From an uncultured delta proteobacterium (GTDB taxonomy: Bacteria; Myxococcota_A; Polyangia; Polyangiales; Houyiibacteriaceae): DNA of 64,000 bases. The notes below the pieces were generated by a model. The model searched no databases and was not told where the DNA came from. It saw only the letters and a program-made list of their open reading frames with translations. Location: contig CAVOVB010000001.1 of assembly GCA_963699755.1 (NCBI GenBank), positions 576,001 through 640,000 on the forward strand, given 5' to 3'. The position numbers and the translations under genes are program-made. Below, one piece after another: positions 20,851-31,604 of this stretch (the stretch's first letter is position 1; each line of letters opens with the position of its first letter).

Positions 20851-23225
20851 ACGAACCCCGTTGCATCCCGCTCGAGGCGATTTCCGACGAAGCGGTCGGC
20901 GGCAAGGCCGAAGGGCTCGTTCGTCTCCTTCGGAACGGTTTCGACATTCCTCCGGGCTTCGTGGTGCTGGGCGCAAGCGTCGGCCGCATTCCAAACGACC
21001 TCGACGAGCACTACGCCCGTCTCGGAGCAGGCAGAGTAGCGGTTCGCTCCTCGGCGATCGGGGAGGACTCCGGCGAAGCGTCGTTCGCCGGGCAGTACGA
21101 AACGGCTCTAGACGTCGAAGGCAACGAGGCGCTTCGCGCGGCCGTCGAAGACTGCCTTCGTTCTCTGGAGAACGCGAGTGCCGTTGCGTACCGCGAAGAA
21201 AAGGCGCGCGACCGAGAAACCCAGATGAATGTCCTCGTGCAAGAGATGGTCGATGCGCGTGCGGCCGGTGTCCTCTTCACCGCACACCCGGTCAATGCGC
21301 GACGCGATCGCGTCGTCGTCGACGCCGTTGCTGGCCTCGGCGAAGCACTGGTCAGTGGACATGCTATGCCGGACCATTGGCTTCTCGGGAGGGACGGGGC
21401 GGTGCTGGAGAGCGAGCTGCAGAGCGAGGTGCCCGTCTTGAGCAACGCTGAGCTCAACCTATTGCTCGACGGGGCCCTTCGAGCCGAAGCGCTCTATGGC
21501 GCGCCCCTCGACATGGAGTGGGCCATCGACCAGGCCGGCGAGCTTCGATGGCTTCAGGCCCGTCCGATCACACGGCTTCCGGCCGACCCGAACGAGCTCG
21601 ACACCAAGCCCGATCCGAACGATGTCTACACCTGGTGCAACATCGGAGAAATGATGCCGGGTGCGGTCACGCCGCTGACCTATTCGGTGACCGGCCGTGG
21701 CATCGACCTCGGCATGCAGCGGGCCTACCGGCGCATGGGAGCGAACGTGCCCCACTGCCAGGGACTTCGCTACGTAGGGATGTACTTCGGACACCTGTTT
21801 CTCAACCTCTCGACACTGTCCGAGCTCGCGTCGGCCGTAGCGGGATCCACCAAGAGCCAGATGTGCATCGCGCTCTGTGGCAGGGACATCGAAGAGGTCG
21901 CCGAGCCGACGCCAGAGCCGACATGGAGGCGCGCGATGAACGGCGCCCGGTACTTCTCGCTCCTCGTCGCGGCAACCAAGCACCGCAAGGACCTGGACGA
22001 GCTCCTCGCGGGCTTGAGCCTGCCGAAGATGGGCACCGCGAGGCAGCTGTATCGCGCAATCGACGAGAGCCTTCCGCAGCTCTGGCGAGCCTACGAGCTC
22101 CATCTCTTGTCTTCGTCTTCGTCAGGCGCGCTAGGCCCGATCTTGCTCGCAATCCTGGCGAAAGGAGAGGAGCCGACCCAAATGCATCACGCGGAAGTCG
22201 CGGAGATGCTCGCCGGCGCGACGAACGTCGAGAGTGCGGACATCGCAGAGGGTGTCGAGCGAATCGTCGATCTGCTGGTCGAACACGAAGACGCTGGAGA
22301 GGCATTCGCCAAAGCCGACCCCGAAGCGGCGCTTGCCTGGCTTTGCTCGAGCGATGCCGGCGCAGCGAGCGAGGAGTTCGGACGCTATCTCGATCGGCAC
22401 GGTCATCGCGCGGTTCGCGAGCTAGAGCTTCGGCAGAAGGAATGGGCTATCGATCCGGCACCACTGATCATCTCTTTGCAGTCCGGCCTACGGGCCCGTC
22501 TCCAATTCGGCATGCGTCCTCGAGCCGAACCCGGGCCACGGAGCTCGTCGCAAGGCCATCCGATCCTTCGCAGGCTCCTCCCCCTTGCGCATGCAGCCAT
22601 TCGGACTCGCGAGCACACGAAGTCCGCGCTAGTGGCGGTGACAACGGCGTTCAAGCATGCCTACAGGGCTCTCGGCTCGCGGATGACGGAAGAAGGCCGA
22701 CTGCCGGACCAGGACGCGGTGTTCTTTTTGACCCACCAGGAGCTTGGCGAGCTGCTTCGTGGCCGCCGCGAGCTATCCGACCTCGCGGTGTCACGGCGGC
22801 GGGTCATCGCCTATCAGATGCCACTTCACTTCCCCGAGGTGTTCCGCAACCGACCCGAGCCGCTAGGGCTCGAGCGGATGGAAGGCAGAGATGGGGCGCT
22901 CGTCGGTAAGCCGGTGAGCCGAGGCAAGGTCACGGGGCGCGCACGGGTCGTCGAGACCCTCGAGGAGGCGGCCGCGCTCGAAGCAGGCGAAGTCCTGATC
23001 GCGCCCATCACCGACGTCGGCTGGACGCCCTATTTCAGTCTTATCGCTGGGCTGGCCACCGACGTCGGGAGCGCGGTCTCGCACGGGGCGGTCGTCGCTC
23101 GCGAATATGGCCTTCCGGCGGTCGTGAACCTCCGAGTCGCGACCCAGCGCATTCAAACCGGGGACCTGGTCACACTCGATGGCGACCAGGGCACGCTGAC
23201 CTTGGTCGAGCCTGAACCTCGTTGA
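20847..23225 (+). CDS. PEP-synthase-like three-domain enzyme (ATP-grasp / substrate domain / swivel His domain; rifampin-phosphotransferase/PigC-like architecture)
   Basis: VGGKA, AVRSSAIGED, SFAGQY, LQARPIT, SHGAVVAREYG. ATGA overlap with the upstream LLM gene. Confidence 0.88.
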   Translation: MNEPRCIPLEAISDEAVGGKAEGLVRLLRNGFDIPPGFVVLGASVGRIPNDLDEHYARLGAGRVAVRSSAIGEDSGEASFAGQYETALDVEGNEALRAAVEDCLRSLENASAVAYREEKARDRETQMNVLVQEMVDARAAGVLFTAHPVNARRDRVVVDAVAGLGEALVSGHAMPDHWLLGRDGAVLESELQSEVPVLSNAELNLLLDGALRAEALYGAPLDMEWAIDQAGELRWLQARPITRLPADPNELDTKPDPNDVYTWCNIGEMMPGAVTPLTYSVTGRGIDLGMQRAYRRMGANVPHCQGLRYVGMYFGHLFLNLSTLSELASAVAGSTKSQMCIALCGRDIEEVAEPTPEPTWRRAMNGARYFSLLVAATKHRKDLDELLAGLSLPKMGTARQLYRAIDESLPQLWRAYELHLLSSSSSGALGPILLAILAKGEEPTQMHHAEVAEMLAGATNVESADIAEGVERIVDLLVEHEDAGEAFAKADPEAALAWLCSSDAGAASEEFGRYLDRHGHRAVRELELRQKEWAIDPAPLIISLQSGLRARLQFGMRPRAEPGPRSSSQGHPILRRLLPLAHAAIRTREHTKSALVAVTTAFKHAYRALGSRMTEEGRLPDQDAVFFLTHQELGELLRGRRELSDLAVSRRRVIAYQMPLHFPEVFRNRPEPLGLERMEGRDGALVGKPVSRGKVTGRARVVETLEEAAALEAGEVLIAPITDVGWTPYFSLIAGLATDVGSAVSHGAVVAREYGLPAVVNLRVATQRIQTGDLVTLDGDQGTLTLVEPEPR

Positions 23226-23292
23226 GCGCAGGCCTTGGGGCTCTTGACTTCCAGGGGCAGTATGCGATCCGCAAGCCCCGAAGGAGCTATCC

Positions 23293-24447
23293 ATGGTCGC
23301 CACGATCGGACTCACCGGCTTGCGCCCGAACCCGTCCCGCGTCTCTCGAATCGCGTCCCCCCCGTACGATGTGATCAAACCAGGAACCCCACTCGAGAAG
23401 TGGCTCGCAGGCGAGCCGAGCTCGCTCTATCACATCAGCTTGGGAGCAGAGCCGGCAGCGGCGCGTGATCGCTTGCTCGCCGAGGGGTCACTCGTCGAAG
23501 ACGACGAGCCTTCGTACTACGTCTACGAGCAGACCTGGCCCGACGGCCGGCGAACCGGAGTCTTCGCGGCGGCGGAGGTTTCTCCCTATGGCGCCAGGCA
23601 GATCATCCGGCACGAGAAGACTTTCGACGACAAAGTGAAAGGGCGAATCGAGATGCGCCGCGCCACCGGTCTTCACGTCGGACCGGTATTCGTCCTGACC
23701 AGAGCACCGATCGCGTCGGTCCTCGAGGAGGCAAAGCAGGAAGCCGACCCGATCTACGACTTCACGAGCGAGTTCGGCGGCTACAGCGAGCTCGAGGGGA
23801 TTCGAAACAAGGTTTGGCGCGTGCCAGAGGCAAGCCAGACGGGTCGGGCGCTTCAAGCTGCGCTCGACACCGAGCCTTTCTACATTGCCGATGGTCACCA
23901 TCGTTACCACGCGAGCCTCTTGAACGAGCAGACCCATTTTCTTTGCTACGTCACCGAAGAAGCGGTGATCCAGGCCTACAACCGCGTCATCAATGGCGTT
24001 CGCCCATTCTCCGAAATCGCGGGCGACCTCTACTTGAGGCCGGTGGATTCGTTCCGGACGCCCAAAAAGCACAGCTTCTGCATCTACACGAAGAACGGCT
24101 GCTTCGAGCTCGACGCGAAAGAGGTTCCCGGCGACGTCGTCGGGCGCCTCGACTGCGCCATCCTCGAGCGCGAGCTCTACCCGAAGCTTGGACTGACCCA
24201 CGATATGGTCGTCGATGCCGATCACTTCGACTACTACTCGGAGGCGGCGGTCGACGAAATGAAGGCGGCGGTCGATCGAGGCGACTACGACATCGCGATT
24301 GCGCTGCACCCGGTGAGCCTCGAGGAGCTCATGGCGGTGGCCGATGCAGGCCTCGAAAATCCCGAGGTGGTCATGCCTGAAAAGAGCACTTTCTTTCAGC
24401 CCAAGATCCTCTCCGGTCTTTTTCTGTACCGGCTGGCCAAGAAATGA
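23293..24447 (+). CDS. DUF1015 family protein
   Basis: PPYDVI, HEKT, YIADGHHRY, MPEKSTFFQPK. Confidence 0.9.
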   Translation: MVATIGLTGLRPNPSRVSRIASPPYDVIKPGTPLEKWLAGEPSSLYHISLGAEPAAARDRLLAEGSLVEDDEPSYYVYEQTWPDGRRTGVFAAAEVSPYGARQIIRHEKTFDDKVKGRIEMRRATGLHVGPVFVLTRAPIASVLEEAKQEADPIYDFTSEFGGYSELEGIRNKVWRVPEASQTGRALQAALDTEPFYIADGHHRYHASLLNEQTHFLCYVTEEAVIQAYNRVINGVRPFSEIAGDLYLRPVDSFRTPKKHSFCIYTKNGCFELDAKEVPGDVVGRLDCAILERELYPKLGLTHDMVVDADHFDYYSEAAVDEMKAAVDRGDYDIAIALHPVSLEELMAVADAGLENPEVVMPEKSTFFQPKILSGLFLYRLAKK

Positions 24448-25427
24448 GCGCCCTCCCGCAGTACGGTAAGCACCTGCATCCAAGCGCGACGATGCGAGCC
24501 GTGGTGATCGACCGATACGGTGGTCCAGAGGTGCTCCGACAGGCACGCGTTCCACGTCCGGTTCCAACGCGCGGCCAAGTTCTCGTCCGAACGCGCTTCA
24601 TCGGAGTGAATCCGAAAGACGTGATCGTCCGCAAAGGAAAGTTTCGCATCGCGACAGGCAAGAAATTTCCGCTGATCCTTGGACACGACATCGCTGGGGA
24701 GGTCGTAGAAGCCGGGGACGGCGCTGATCTCGCCGAAGGCGAGCGGGTTTATGGAATGATCAACGACTTTGCGGGACGCGCATACGCCGAGTACGCCGCG
24801 GTCGACACAAAGCAAGTCGCCAAAGCGCCTTCGTCGATCGAGCTGCGCGCCGCTGCCGCAGTGCCGCTCGCGGCCCAGACCGCACTCCAAGCGCTCCGAG
24901 ACGACGCCCACGTGAAGTCAGGTCAGAAGGTCCTGATCAACGGGGCATCGGGTGGCGTCGGGGTATTCGCCGTGCAGATCGCGAAGATCCTCGGCGCAGA
25001 GGTCACCGCGGTGTGCAGCCATCGAAACGTCGATCTAGTGACTGACCTCGGCGCCGACCGCGTCATCGACTACACGCAAACCGAGCTCGTCGACCTCGAC
25101 GAACGGTTCGATGCGATCTTCGATGTTTTCGGCAACTACAGGTTCGACAGCTTGAAAAACCAGCTCTCCCCGCGGGGCACTTATGTGAACACGATTCCGA
25201 GCGCAGGCATCTTCAAAGACGTAGCCCGAACGTTGCTAGGCCCAAAGCGAGCCAAGTTGGTGATCGTCCGTTCTCGACGAGGCCAGCTGGACTGGCTGTG
25301 TCAAGAGATCGATGCGGGGCGTCTCCGCGTCGTCGTCGACCGCTCCTTCCCCCTCCAGGATGCTGCCGAAGCCCACCGATACATGGAAACCAAACGTGCC
25401 CGCGGCAAAGTCGTTTTGGAAGTCTAG
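24444..25427 (+). CDS. NAD(P)-dependent MDR-family oxidoreductase (quinone-reductase-like)
   Basis: YGGPEVL, GHDIAG, INGASGGVG, RARGKVV. Confidence 0.9.
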   Translation: MSALPQYGKHLHPSATMRAVVIDRYGGPEVLRQARVPRPVPTRGQVLVRTRFIGVNPKDVIVRKGKFRIATGKKFPLILGHDIAGEVVEAGDGADLAEGERVYGMINDFAGRAYAEYAAVDTKQVAKAPSSIELRAAAAVPLAAQTALQALRDDAHVKSGQKVLINGASGGVGVFAVQIAKILGAEVTAVCSHRNVDLVTDLGADRVIDYTQTELVDLDERFDAIFDVFGNYRFDSLKNQLSPRGTYVNTIPSAGIFKDVARTLLGPKRAKLVIVRSRRGQLDWLCQEIDAGRLRVVVDRSFPLQDAAEAHRYMETKRARGKVVLEV

Positions 25428-25442
25428 GCTAAAGGGAGCGCA

Positions 25443-26660
25443 ATGAATTTTACGTATAGCGACAAGGCACAGGCACTGATCTCCCGCCTTCAAGCGTTCA
25501 TGGAGGCGAACATCTATCCGAACGAGGCAGCCATCCGCGTGCAGCATGACTTGCTTCCTGATCGCTGGGATACACCGCCCCTGCTCGAGGAGCTCAAGAA
25601 GAAGGCACAGGATGCCGGCCTTTGGAATCTCTTTTTGCCCGAGAGCGAGCGCGGCGCCGGGCTGACCAATCTCGAGTATGCACCGCTTTGCGAGATCATG
25701 GGCCGCGTCTGGTTTGCGCCCGAGGTCTTCAACTGCGCTGCGCCCGACACAGGCAACATGGAGGTGTTGGACCGCTACGGGACCGACGCGCAAAAGGCCC
25801 AATGGTTGGATCCGCTGCTCGCCGGACGCATTCGCTCGGCATTTGCGATGACCGAGCCGGACGTCGCCTCTTCGGACGCGACCAACATTTGCACCGAGAT
25901 TCGACGCGACGGCGACGAATACGTGATCAACGGTCGCAAGTGGTGGACCTCCGGCATCATGGACAAGCGCTGCAAGATCATGATCGTGATGGGCAAGAGC
26001 GATCCTGACGCCTCTTCGCACCTGCAGCAGAGCATGATCCTCGTGCCCCGGGATGCGAGGGGCGTGACCGTCGAGCGCTATCTCCCGGTGTACGGCTTCG
26101 ATGATGCGCCTCATGGGCACGGGCAGGTTCTTTTCGACGACGTGCGTGTGCCGGCGAGCAACATGCTGCTCGGTGAGGGCCGCGGATTCGAAATCGCGCA
26201 GGGACGTCTTGGTCCGGGCAGGATTCACCACTGCATGCGGCTCATCGGCGTCGCCGAGCGCGCGCTCGAGAAGATGTGCGTGCGACTCATGAGCCGGACG
26301 GCATTCGGCAAGAAGATCTACGAACATTCGGTCTGGGAGGAGCGGGTGGCAGACGCCCGGATCGACATCGAGTGTGCGCGGCTCCTGACGCTCAAGGCCG
26401 CCGACATGATGGACAAGGTCGGAAACAAGGCGGCGCGCGCGGAGATCGCGATGATCAAGGTGAAAGCGCCCATCACCGCGCTGAAGGTCTTGGACGATGC
26501 GATTCAGGCACACGGTGGCGGGGGGGTCACGACAGACTTCGGGCTGGCGGAAACCTGGGCTCAGAGCAGGACCCTGCGACTCGCCGACGGTCCGGACGAA
26601 GTTCACCGCCGGACCATCGCGCGAATCGAGTTCAAGAAGCACGCGGCGCGCAGCCGCTGA
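25443..26660 (+). CDS. Acyl-CoA dehydrogenase
   Basis: [44 protein letters not shown]. Confidence 0.96.
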   Translation: MNFTYSDKAQALISRLQAFMEANIYPNEAAIRVQHDLLPDRWDTPPLLEELKKKAQDAGLWNLFLPESERGAGLTNLEYAPLCEIMGRVWFAPEVFNCAAPDTGNMEVLDRYGTDAQKAQWLDPLLAGRIRSAFAMTEPDVASSDATNICTEIRRDGDEYVINGRKWWTSGIMDKRCKIMIVMGKSDPDASSHLQQSMILVPRDARGVTVERYLPVYGFDDAPHGHGQVLFDDVRVPASNMLLGEGRGFEIAQGRLGPGRIHHCMRLIGVAERALEKMCVRLMSRTAFGKKIYEHSVWEERVADARIDIECARLLTLKAADMMDKVGNKAARAEIAMIKVKAPITALKVLDDAIQAHGGGGVTTDFGLAETWAQSRTLRLADGPDEVHRRTIARIEFKKHAARSR

Positions 26661-26703
26661 GCTGGCTTTGTCAGCCAAGCGGGATCGGTTACCATCCGCC
26701 GCG

Positions 26704-28785
26704 ATGACTCTGAGAAGGCTTTCTTGCGTCCCGCTCGCCATCATGATCGCCTGCAGTAGCGATCGCAGCGCCAACAGCAACCCTCTCGAAGATCGCGTCG
26801 ACGCGCTCCTCTCTCAGATGACGCTCGAAGAGAAAGTCGCGCAGATGGCCGGGAACACCGCATTAGGGGCGGACTACGGCCGAGAACTTTGGAACGTCCC
26901 CGGCCTCGAACGTCTCGGCATTCCTCCGTTTCGAATGTCGGACGGCCCGAGGGGCGTCGGAGTGCGCGATGGCGCAACCGCGTTTCCTGTGGCCATGGCG
27001 CGCGGCGCGACCTGGAACCCTGAGCTCGAACGTCGTGTGGGTGAGGCGATGGGGCGAGAGCTCCGCGCCATTGGCGGCAACGTCTTGCTAGGACCGACAA
27101 TCAACAATCTGCGGCACCCGAGCTGGGGACGATCCCAAGAAACCTACGGAGAGGACGTCCATCTCTTATCACGCATGGGCGTCGCCATGGTTCAGGGGCT
27201 CCAGCAGTACGTGCTCGCCAATCCCAAGCACTTTGCGCTCAACAGCATCGAGGACACCCGCTTTTCGGTCGATGTGACCGTGGACGAGCGTTCGCTTCGC
27301 GAGATCTACCTCGCGCACTTTCGGGCGGCCGTTCATGAAGGCGGCGCCGCGTCGATCATGAGCGCCTACAACTCGGTCAACGGACAGTTCTGCGGCGAAA
27401 ACGAGGTCCTGCTGCGCGGCATTCTCAAAGGCGACTGGGGCTTCGATGGTTTTGTGCTCTCAGACTTCGTCCTTGGGACGCATCCGAGCTCAGCCCTCAA
27501 CGGCCTCGACCTCGAGATGCCGGCGGCCGCCGTCTTTCGGACTCTTCTGACTCAAGTGCAGACCGGAGAAGTCCCCGAAGAGGTCGTCGACGACGCCGTT
27601 CGGCGAATGGTCCGAAAGAAGCTGGAGTACGGGCTCGACAAGCCCAGCCCTGTCGATGAAAGCGTGATCGCAAGCGATGCGCACCTCGCCCTGGCACAGG
27701 ACGTTGCCACCGAAGGCGCGGTTCTGCTCAAGAATCAGCGAAGCGTTCTCCCGCTCGATGTCTCCGGGCTGACGCGGATTGCGGTGGTGGGCTCACTCGC
27801 CGGTGCGATCAACATCGGCGACACCGGTAGCAGTAGCGTGCGTCCTTCCTTTGTCATCACCCCTCTGCAAGGCATCGTGGATGCGGTCGGCGATGAGGTG
27901 GCCATCGACCAGATCGGCAGGGACGTCCTCGGGGCCGACGACCTCGCGCTGATCGCCGCCGCAGATGCGGTAATCGTCGTCACCGGCCTCAGCGCTGAAG
28001 ATGAAGGAGAAGGAGGGATCGGCGCTGGAGACCGCCTCGACCTAGGTCTATCAGCGGAGCGGGTGGCATTGCTCCAAGACTGTGCCGCCGCAAACGAACG
28101 TACGATCGTCGTGCTCGAGGGCGGCAGCGCGATTACGATGGCCGACTGGCTCCCCGACATCGAGGCGCTCTTGATGGTCTGGTACCCAGGGCAAATGGGC
28201 GGCGAAGCCATCGCAGATCTTCTCTTCGGCGACGCCAACCCGTCGGGCAAATTGCCGATCACCTTTCCCACAGGGGTCGATCAGCTCCCCCCGTTCGACA
28301 ATGTGTCGGATGAAGCGACCTACGGCTATTTCCACGGCTACCGGTACCTCGACCGGAACGGCTCGACCCCCGAGTTCCCGTTCGGGTTTGGCATGAGCTA
28401 CACGACATTCTCCATCGAGAACCTTCGGGCGAGTCAAACCGAGGCCCGGGCGGGCGATGTAGTCCGCTTCAGCGTCGACGTGACGAATACCGGTTCGGTG
28501 CCCGGCGCCGAGGTCGTGCAGCTCTACGTGGCCTACCCGGGCTCGGCCGTGGAGCGCTCCGAGCGCGACCTCAAGGGCTTCGCCAAAGTGATGCTGGAAC
28601 CGGGTGCAAGCCAGACCGTCGAGATCGCCTTGCCGGTAAGCGAGCTCGCGTACTACGATGTCTCCGCTTCCGCCTGGGCCCTAGAAGGGCTGGAGCACGC
28701 GATTCACGTCGGCAGCTCTTCACGAGATTTGCCCCTGTCTGCGACCCTGACTGTCGCCGCCCAGGCTCCCGTTTCGGTGTACTGA
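26704..28785 (+). CDS. GH3 beta-glucosidase, probable lipoprotein
   Basis: IMIAC lipobox, SDGPRG, WGRSQETYGED, KHF, FVLSDF nucleophile motif, C-terminal Fn3-like domain. Confidence 0.93.
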   Translation: MTLRRLSCVPLAIMIACSSDRSANSNPLEDRVDALLSQMTLEEKVAQMAGNTALGADYGRELWNVPGLERLGIPPFRMSDGPRGVGVRDGATAFPVAMARGATWNPELERRVGEAMGRELRAIGGNVLLGPTINNLRHPSWGRSQETYGEDVHLLSRMGVAMVQGLQQYVLANPKHFALNSIEDTRFSVDVTVDERSLREIYLAHFRAAVHEGGAASIMSAYNSVNGQFCGENEVLLRGILKGDWGFDGFVLSDFVLGTHPSSALNGLDLEMPAAAVFRTLLTQVQTGEVPEEVVDDAVRRMVRKKLEYGLDKPSPVDESVIASDAHLALAQDVATEGAVLLKNQRSVLPLDVSGLTRIAVVGSLAGAINIGDTGSSSVRPSFVITPLQGIVDAVGDEVAIDQIGRDVLGADDLALIAAADAVIVVTGLSAEDEGEGGIGAGDRLDLGLSAERVALLQDCAAANERTIVVLEGGSAITMADWLPDIEALLMVWYPGQMGGEAIADLLFGDANPSGKLPITFPTGVDQLPPFDNVSDEATYGYFHGYRYLDRNGSTPEFPFGFGMSYTTFSIENLRASQTEARAGDVVRFSVDVTNTGSVPGAEVVQLYVAYPGSAVERSERDLKGFAKVMLEPGASQTVEIALPVSELAYYDVSASAWALEGLEHAIHVGSSSRDLPLSATLTVAAQAPVSVY

Positions 28786-28833
28786 GGCGAGGTTTCGCGC
28801 TAGCGTCGGATCGGTTTTGGGTAGGAGTAGCAG

Positions 28834-29622
28834 ATGCGAAGATTGACCTGGGCCATCGCAGCGCTTGCCGTGATGCAGGCTGGCCACGCGGGCGCGGCCC
28901 TTGCCGATGCCGGATTCAGGAGTATCGACTTCCCCGCCGAGGGTGGCATCCAAGGACGAGCCGACCTCTATGGGTCCGAGGAGTCGGCCACGCTGATCCT
29001 GCTCTTTCACCAGGCCGGCTGGAGCCGCGGGGAGTACAGAGAGATCGCCCCAAAGCTGGTCGCGCGGGGGTATCGTGTGATGGCGGTCGATCAGCGCTCG
29101 GGCGGCGCTATCAACCGGGTGCAGAACGAAACCCATCGGCGGGCCACGAAGATGGGCTTGGCTCGAAGCTATCTGGATGCATACGTCGATCTGGAAAGCG
29201 CGCTCCGCTATGCGCACGAGAAGCTCGGCGCTGAGCGAATCATCGTATGGGGCAGCTCCTACTCGGCATCGCTTGTCTTTCGTTTGGCCGCCGAGCATCC
29301 GGACCGGGTGACAGCGGTGGTGGCGTTCGCTCCAGGCGAGTACTTCGAAAAGCAGAAGGGCCCGATCTACATCCGGGACTTCGCCAAGCGCGTGAAGCAA
29401 CCGCTTTTCGTCACCTCCTCGAAGAAGGAGCGTGAGCAAGTGAAGCCGATCTTCGATGCGTCCCCTGCCGAAAAGAAGATCCTCTTCACCCCGGCGTCCA
29501 GCGGCCAGCACGGCTCTCGCGCCTTGTGGGAGAAGTTTAACGACCACGACGTCTACTGGGCAGCGATAAACGGCTTCCTCGGCAGCTACGCTCCCGCGAT
29601 TTCCCCAGCGCCGCCCAACTGA
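28834..29622 (+). CDS. Secreted alpha/beta hydrolase
   Basis: Signal peptide ending ALA; FHQAG, WGSSYSA elbow, C-terminal HG. Confidence 0.85.
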   Translation: MRRLTWAIAALAVMQAGHAGAALADAGFRSIDFPAEGGIQGRADLYGSEESATLILLFHQAGWSRGEYREIAPKLVARGYRVMAVDQRSGGAINRVQNETHRRATKMGLARSYLDAYVDLESALRYAHEKLGAERIIVWGSSYSASLVFRLAAEHPDRVTAVVAFAPGEYFEKQKGPIYIRDFAKRVKQPLFVTSSKKEREQVKPIFDASPAEKKILFTPASSGQHGSRALWEKFNDHDVYWAAINGFLGSYAPAISPAPPN

Positions 29623-29663
29623 GCCCGCTGGAAACGCCACCTAGCCGCGCTAAAGCGAGGCCC

Positions 29664-31091
29664 GTGGGCACGACCCCCAGCCAGCCTGTCTTGGATCTCG
29701 ATCACGCGCGACGAGCGGGACGACAGCTCGGGCTCGAGATCGATATTGCAAGTCAGGTGCAATCGTACCAAGCGCATCGTTGGCACCGAGGCGACACGCC
29801 GCACCCGACCCTGCAGCTCGACGACGTGTCGGCGATTCCTTTCCTCGCCGAGATCGCAGGCGTCGAGGAGTATCAGCACCGAGGCCGTCTCCGCGCGGGT
29901 GATGGCGACCTCTACGTCACCGTCACGCCCGCCGTCAGTGGCTACGAATCCTACTGTCACGACACCCTCGTCATGGGTGCACCAGAGCATCTGGTAGCTG
30001 ATCCCGTCGGACCAGCGATTGCGGTCGCCCGTGCCTGCACCAGAGGGCACTGTCATGCCCATCTCGTCGAAACCGCCGCGGCGGCAGGCGGGCTGACGAT
30101 TCATCCCTACATGGGCATCGAGGACGTCTGGGAGCTTGCGGCGATGCTCAGCGTAGACAGTCGCTGCCCAATCCGTGTGCTCGCGCCACCGCCTCCCGTC
30201 ACGTGGATCGCCAATGACAAGGCCCTCTTCGGCGAGCTCGTCGCGCGCGTGCTCGGACGCGAGGCGCTGGTCGAAACGCGGATCTCGCGCGACGCCGCGG
30301 GGATCGCCACCGATCTTCGAACGCTATCAGGCCGGCACCGGCGCGTCGGCCTCAAGCGAACCCGATGCGCATCGGCGATGGGCAATGCCGTATTCGCATC
30401 AAGCAAGATCGACTCGGATCGCGCAGCCGCACAGATGGTGCAAGAGTTCCTTCGTCGCACCGAATGGCCCGACGGCGAGGAAGTGCTGGCGGTCGCCTGG
30501 CTGGACACTGACCTCTCGCCATCGACTCAGCTTTGGATCCCGCCTCTGGGCCTTGGCGAGCCGCGCCTCGACGGCATCTACGAGCAGATCTTGAAAGGCG
30601 AAGAGAAGGTCTTCGTCGGCAGCCGCCCCTCGACCCTCCCCGATGCGGTCAACCGGGAGCTCGGATCCGCTGCATTGATGTTGGGCGCCGCGCTTCAAGA
30701 GCTAGGGTACGTCGGTCGCTGCTCGTTCGACCACCTGGTGATCGGTGATCCGAACGGTGCCTTTCGAGTCCTGTTCACCGAATGCAACGGGCGTTGGGGT
30801 GGCACAAGCACACCGATGAGCCTGCTCGACCGCCTGGTCGATGGCCCACGCCCGGCATACCGCGCGCAAGACGTGGTCTATCCCGAGCTCATCGGGGCGA
30901 GCCTTGCCGACCTGCTCGAGCTCCTCGGCGATCTGCTGTTTCGAACCGATAGCGGCCAGGGACGCTTCATCCTCTACAACCTCGGCCCCCTCGATGGGCA
31001 CGGCAAGTTCGACGTGATTTCGATCGGCTCCGATTCAGAAGACGCCGAGCGAGGCGTGCTCGAAATCCTTCCGAAGCGCCTCGGCCTGTGA
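29664..31091 (+). CDS. ATP-grasp ligase (preATP-grasp / PGM1-like peptide ligase)
   Basis: ANDKALF, SAMGN, SPSTQ, GYVGRCSFD, ECNGRWGG. Confidence 0.75.
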   Translation: MGTTPSQPVLDLDHARRAGRQLGLEIDIASQVQSYQAHRWHRGDTPHPTLQLDDVSAIPFLAEIAGVEEYQHRGRLRAGDGDLYVTVTPAVSGYESYCHDTLVMGAPEHLVADPVGPAIAVARACTRGHCHAHLVETAAAAGGLTIHPYMGIEDVWELAAMLSVDSRCPIRVLAPPPPVTWIANDKALFGELVARVLGREALVETRISRDAAGIATDLRTLSGRHRRVGLKRTRCASAMGNAVFASSKIDSDRAAAQMVQEFLRRTEWPDGEEVLAVAWLDTDLSPSTQLWIPPLGLGEPRLDGIYEQILKGEEKVFVGSRPSTLPDAVNRELGSAALMLGAALQELGYVGRCSFDHLVIGDPNGAFRVLFTECNGRWGGTSTPMSLLDRLVDGPRPAYRAQDVVYPELIGASLADLLELLGDLLFRTDSGQGRFILYNLGPLDGHGKFDVISIGSDSEDAERGVLEILPKRLGL

Positions 31092-31134
31092 AACCGGCTT
31101 GCCGCGACGATGGCTATCTGCCTATGGTCCCCGC

Positions 31135-31578
31135 ATGAGCGTGCAAGGCCCGTCCAACCGCCGAATTCAACTGATTCGTCTAGTCTGCTTCTTTTTCGCG
31201 GCGTCCTCGTTCGTCATCGGAGGATGGATGATGCTCGACCCCGCCTCGGCCTGGGCTTCGATGGGGCTCCGCATCGGCGACGATCCGTTCGTCCAAGCGC
31301 TCTACGGCGGCGCTATCATGGGCGAAGGCGCCATGTTCGCGCTCGGCGCGATCTGGCCGGTTCGCTACCTGGTCTTCTTCCAGTATCTGGTCATCTACAA
31401 GGCCTTGGCCTGCGTGGCGGGAATCGCCGTGTTGCTCCGCATGGAGCCAGCCCCGATGGGCGCATGGCTCGTGATCGGCGGCTGGGCGTTCGCGGGCTTG
31501 GTTTCTGCCCTGGTATTCCCTTGGGCAGCGTGGCCTCAGGTGGAGAGCTGGTACGGCGTCCGCCGAATGAAACCATGA
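31135..31578 (+). CDS. Small four-TM membrane protein
   Basis: Four hydrophobic segments; no recognised family. Confidence 0.7.
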   Translation: MSVQGPSNRRIQLIRLVCFFFAASSFVIGGWMMLDPASAWASMGLRIGDDPFVQALYGGAIMGEGAMFALGAIWPVRYLVFFQYLVIYKALACVAGIAVLLRMEPAPMGAWLVIGGWAFAGLVSALVFPWAAWPQVESWYGVRRMKP

Positions 31579-31604
31579 CCGCTTGGTGCTAGACTCACCG
31601 TCCG

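Noticed and set aside
20847..23225. Calling this gene ppsA or a rifampin-resistance gene
   Set aside because: It lacks the C-terminal PEP-binding barrel of PpsA, and substrate specificity cannot be read from the sequence.
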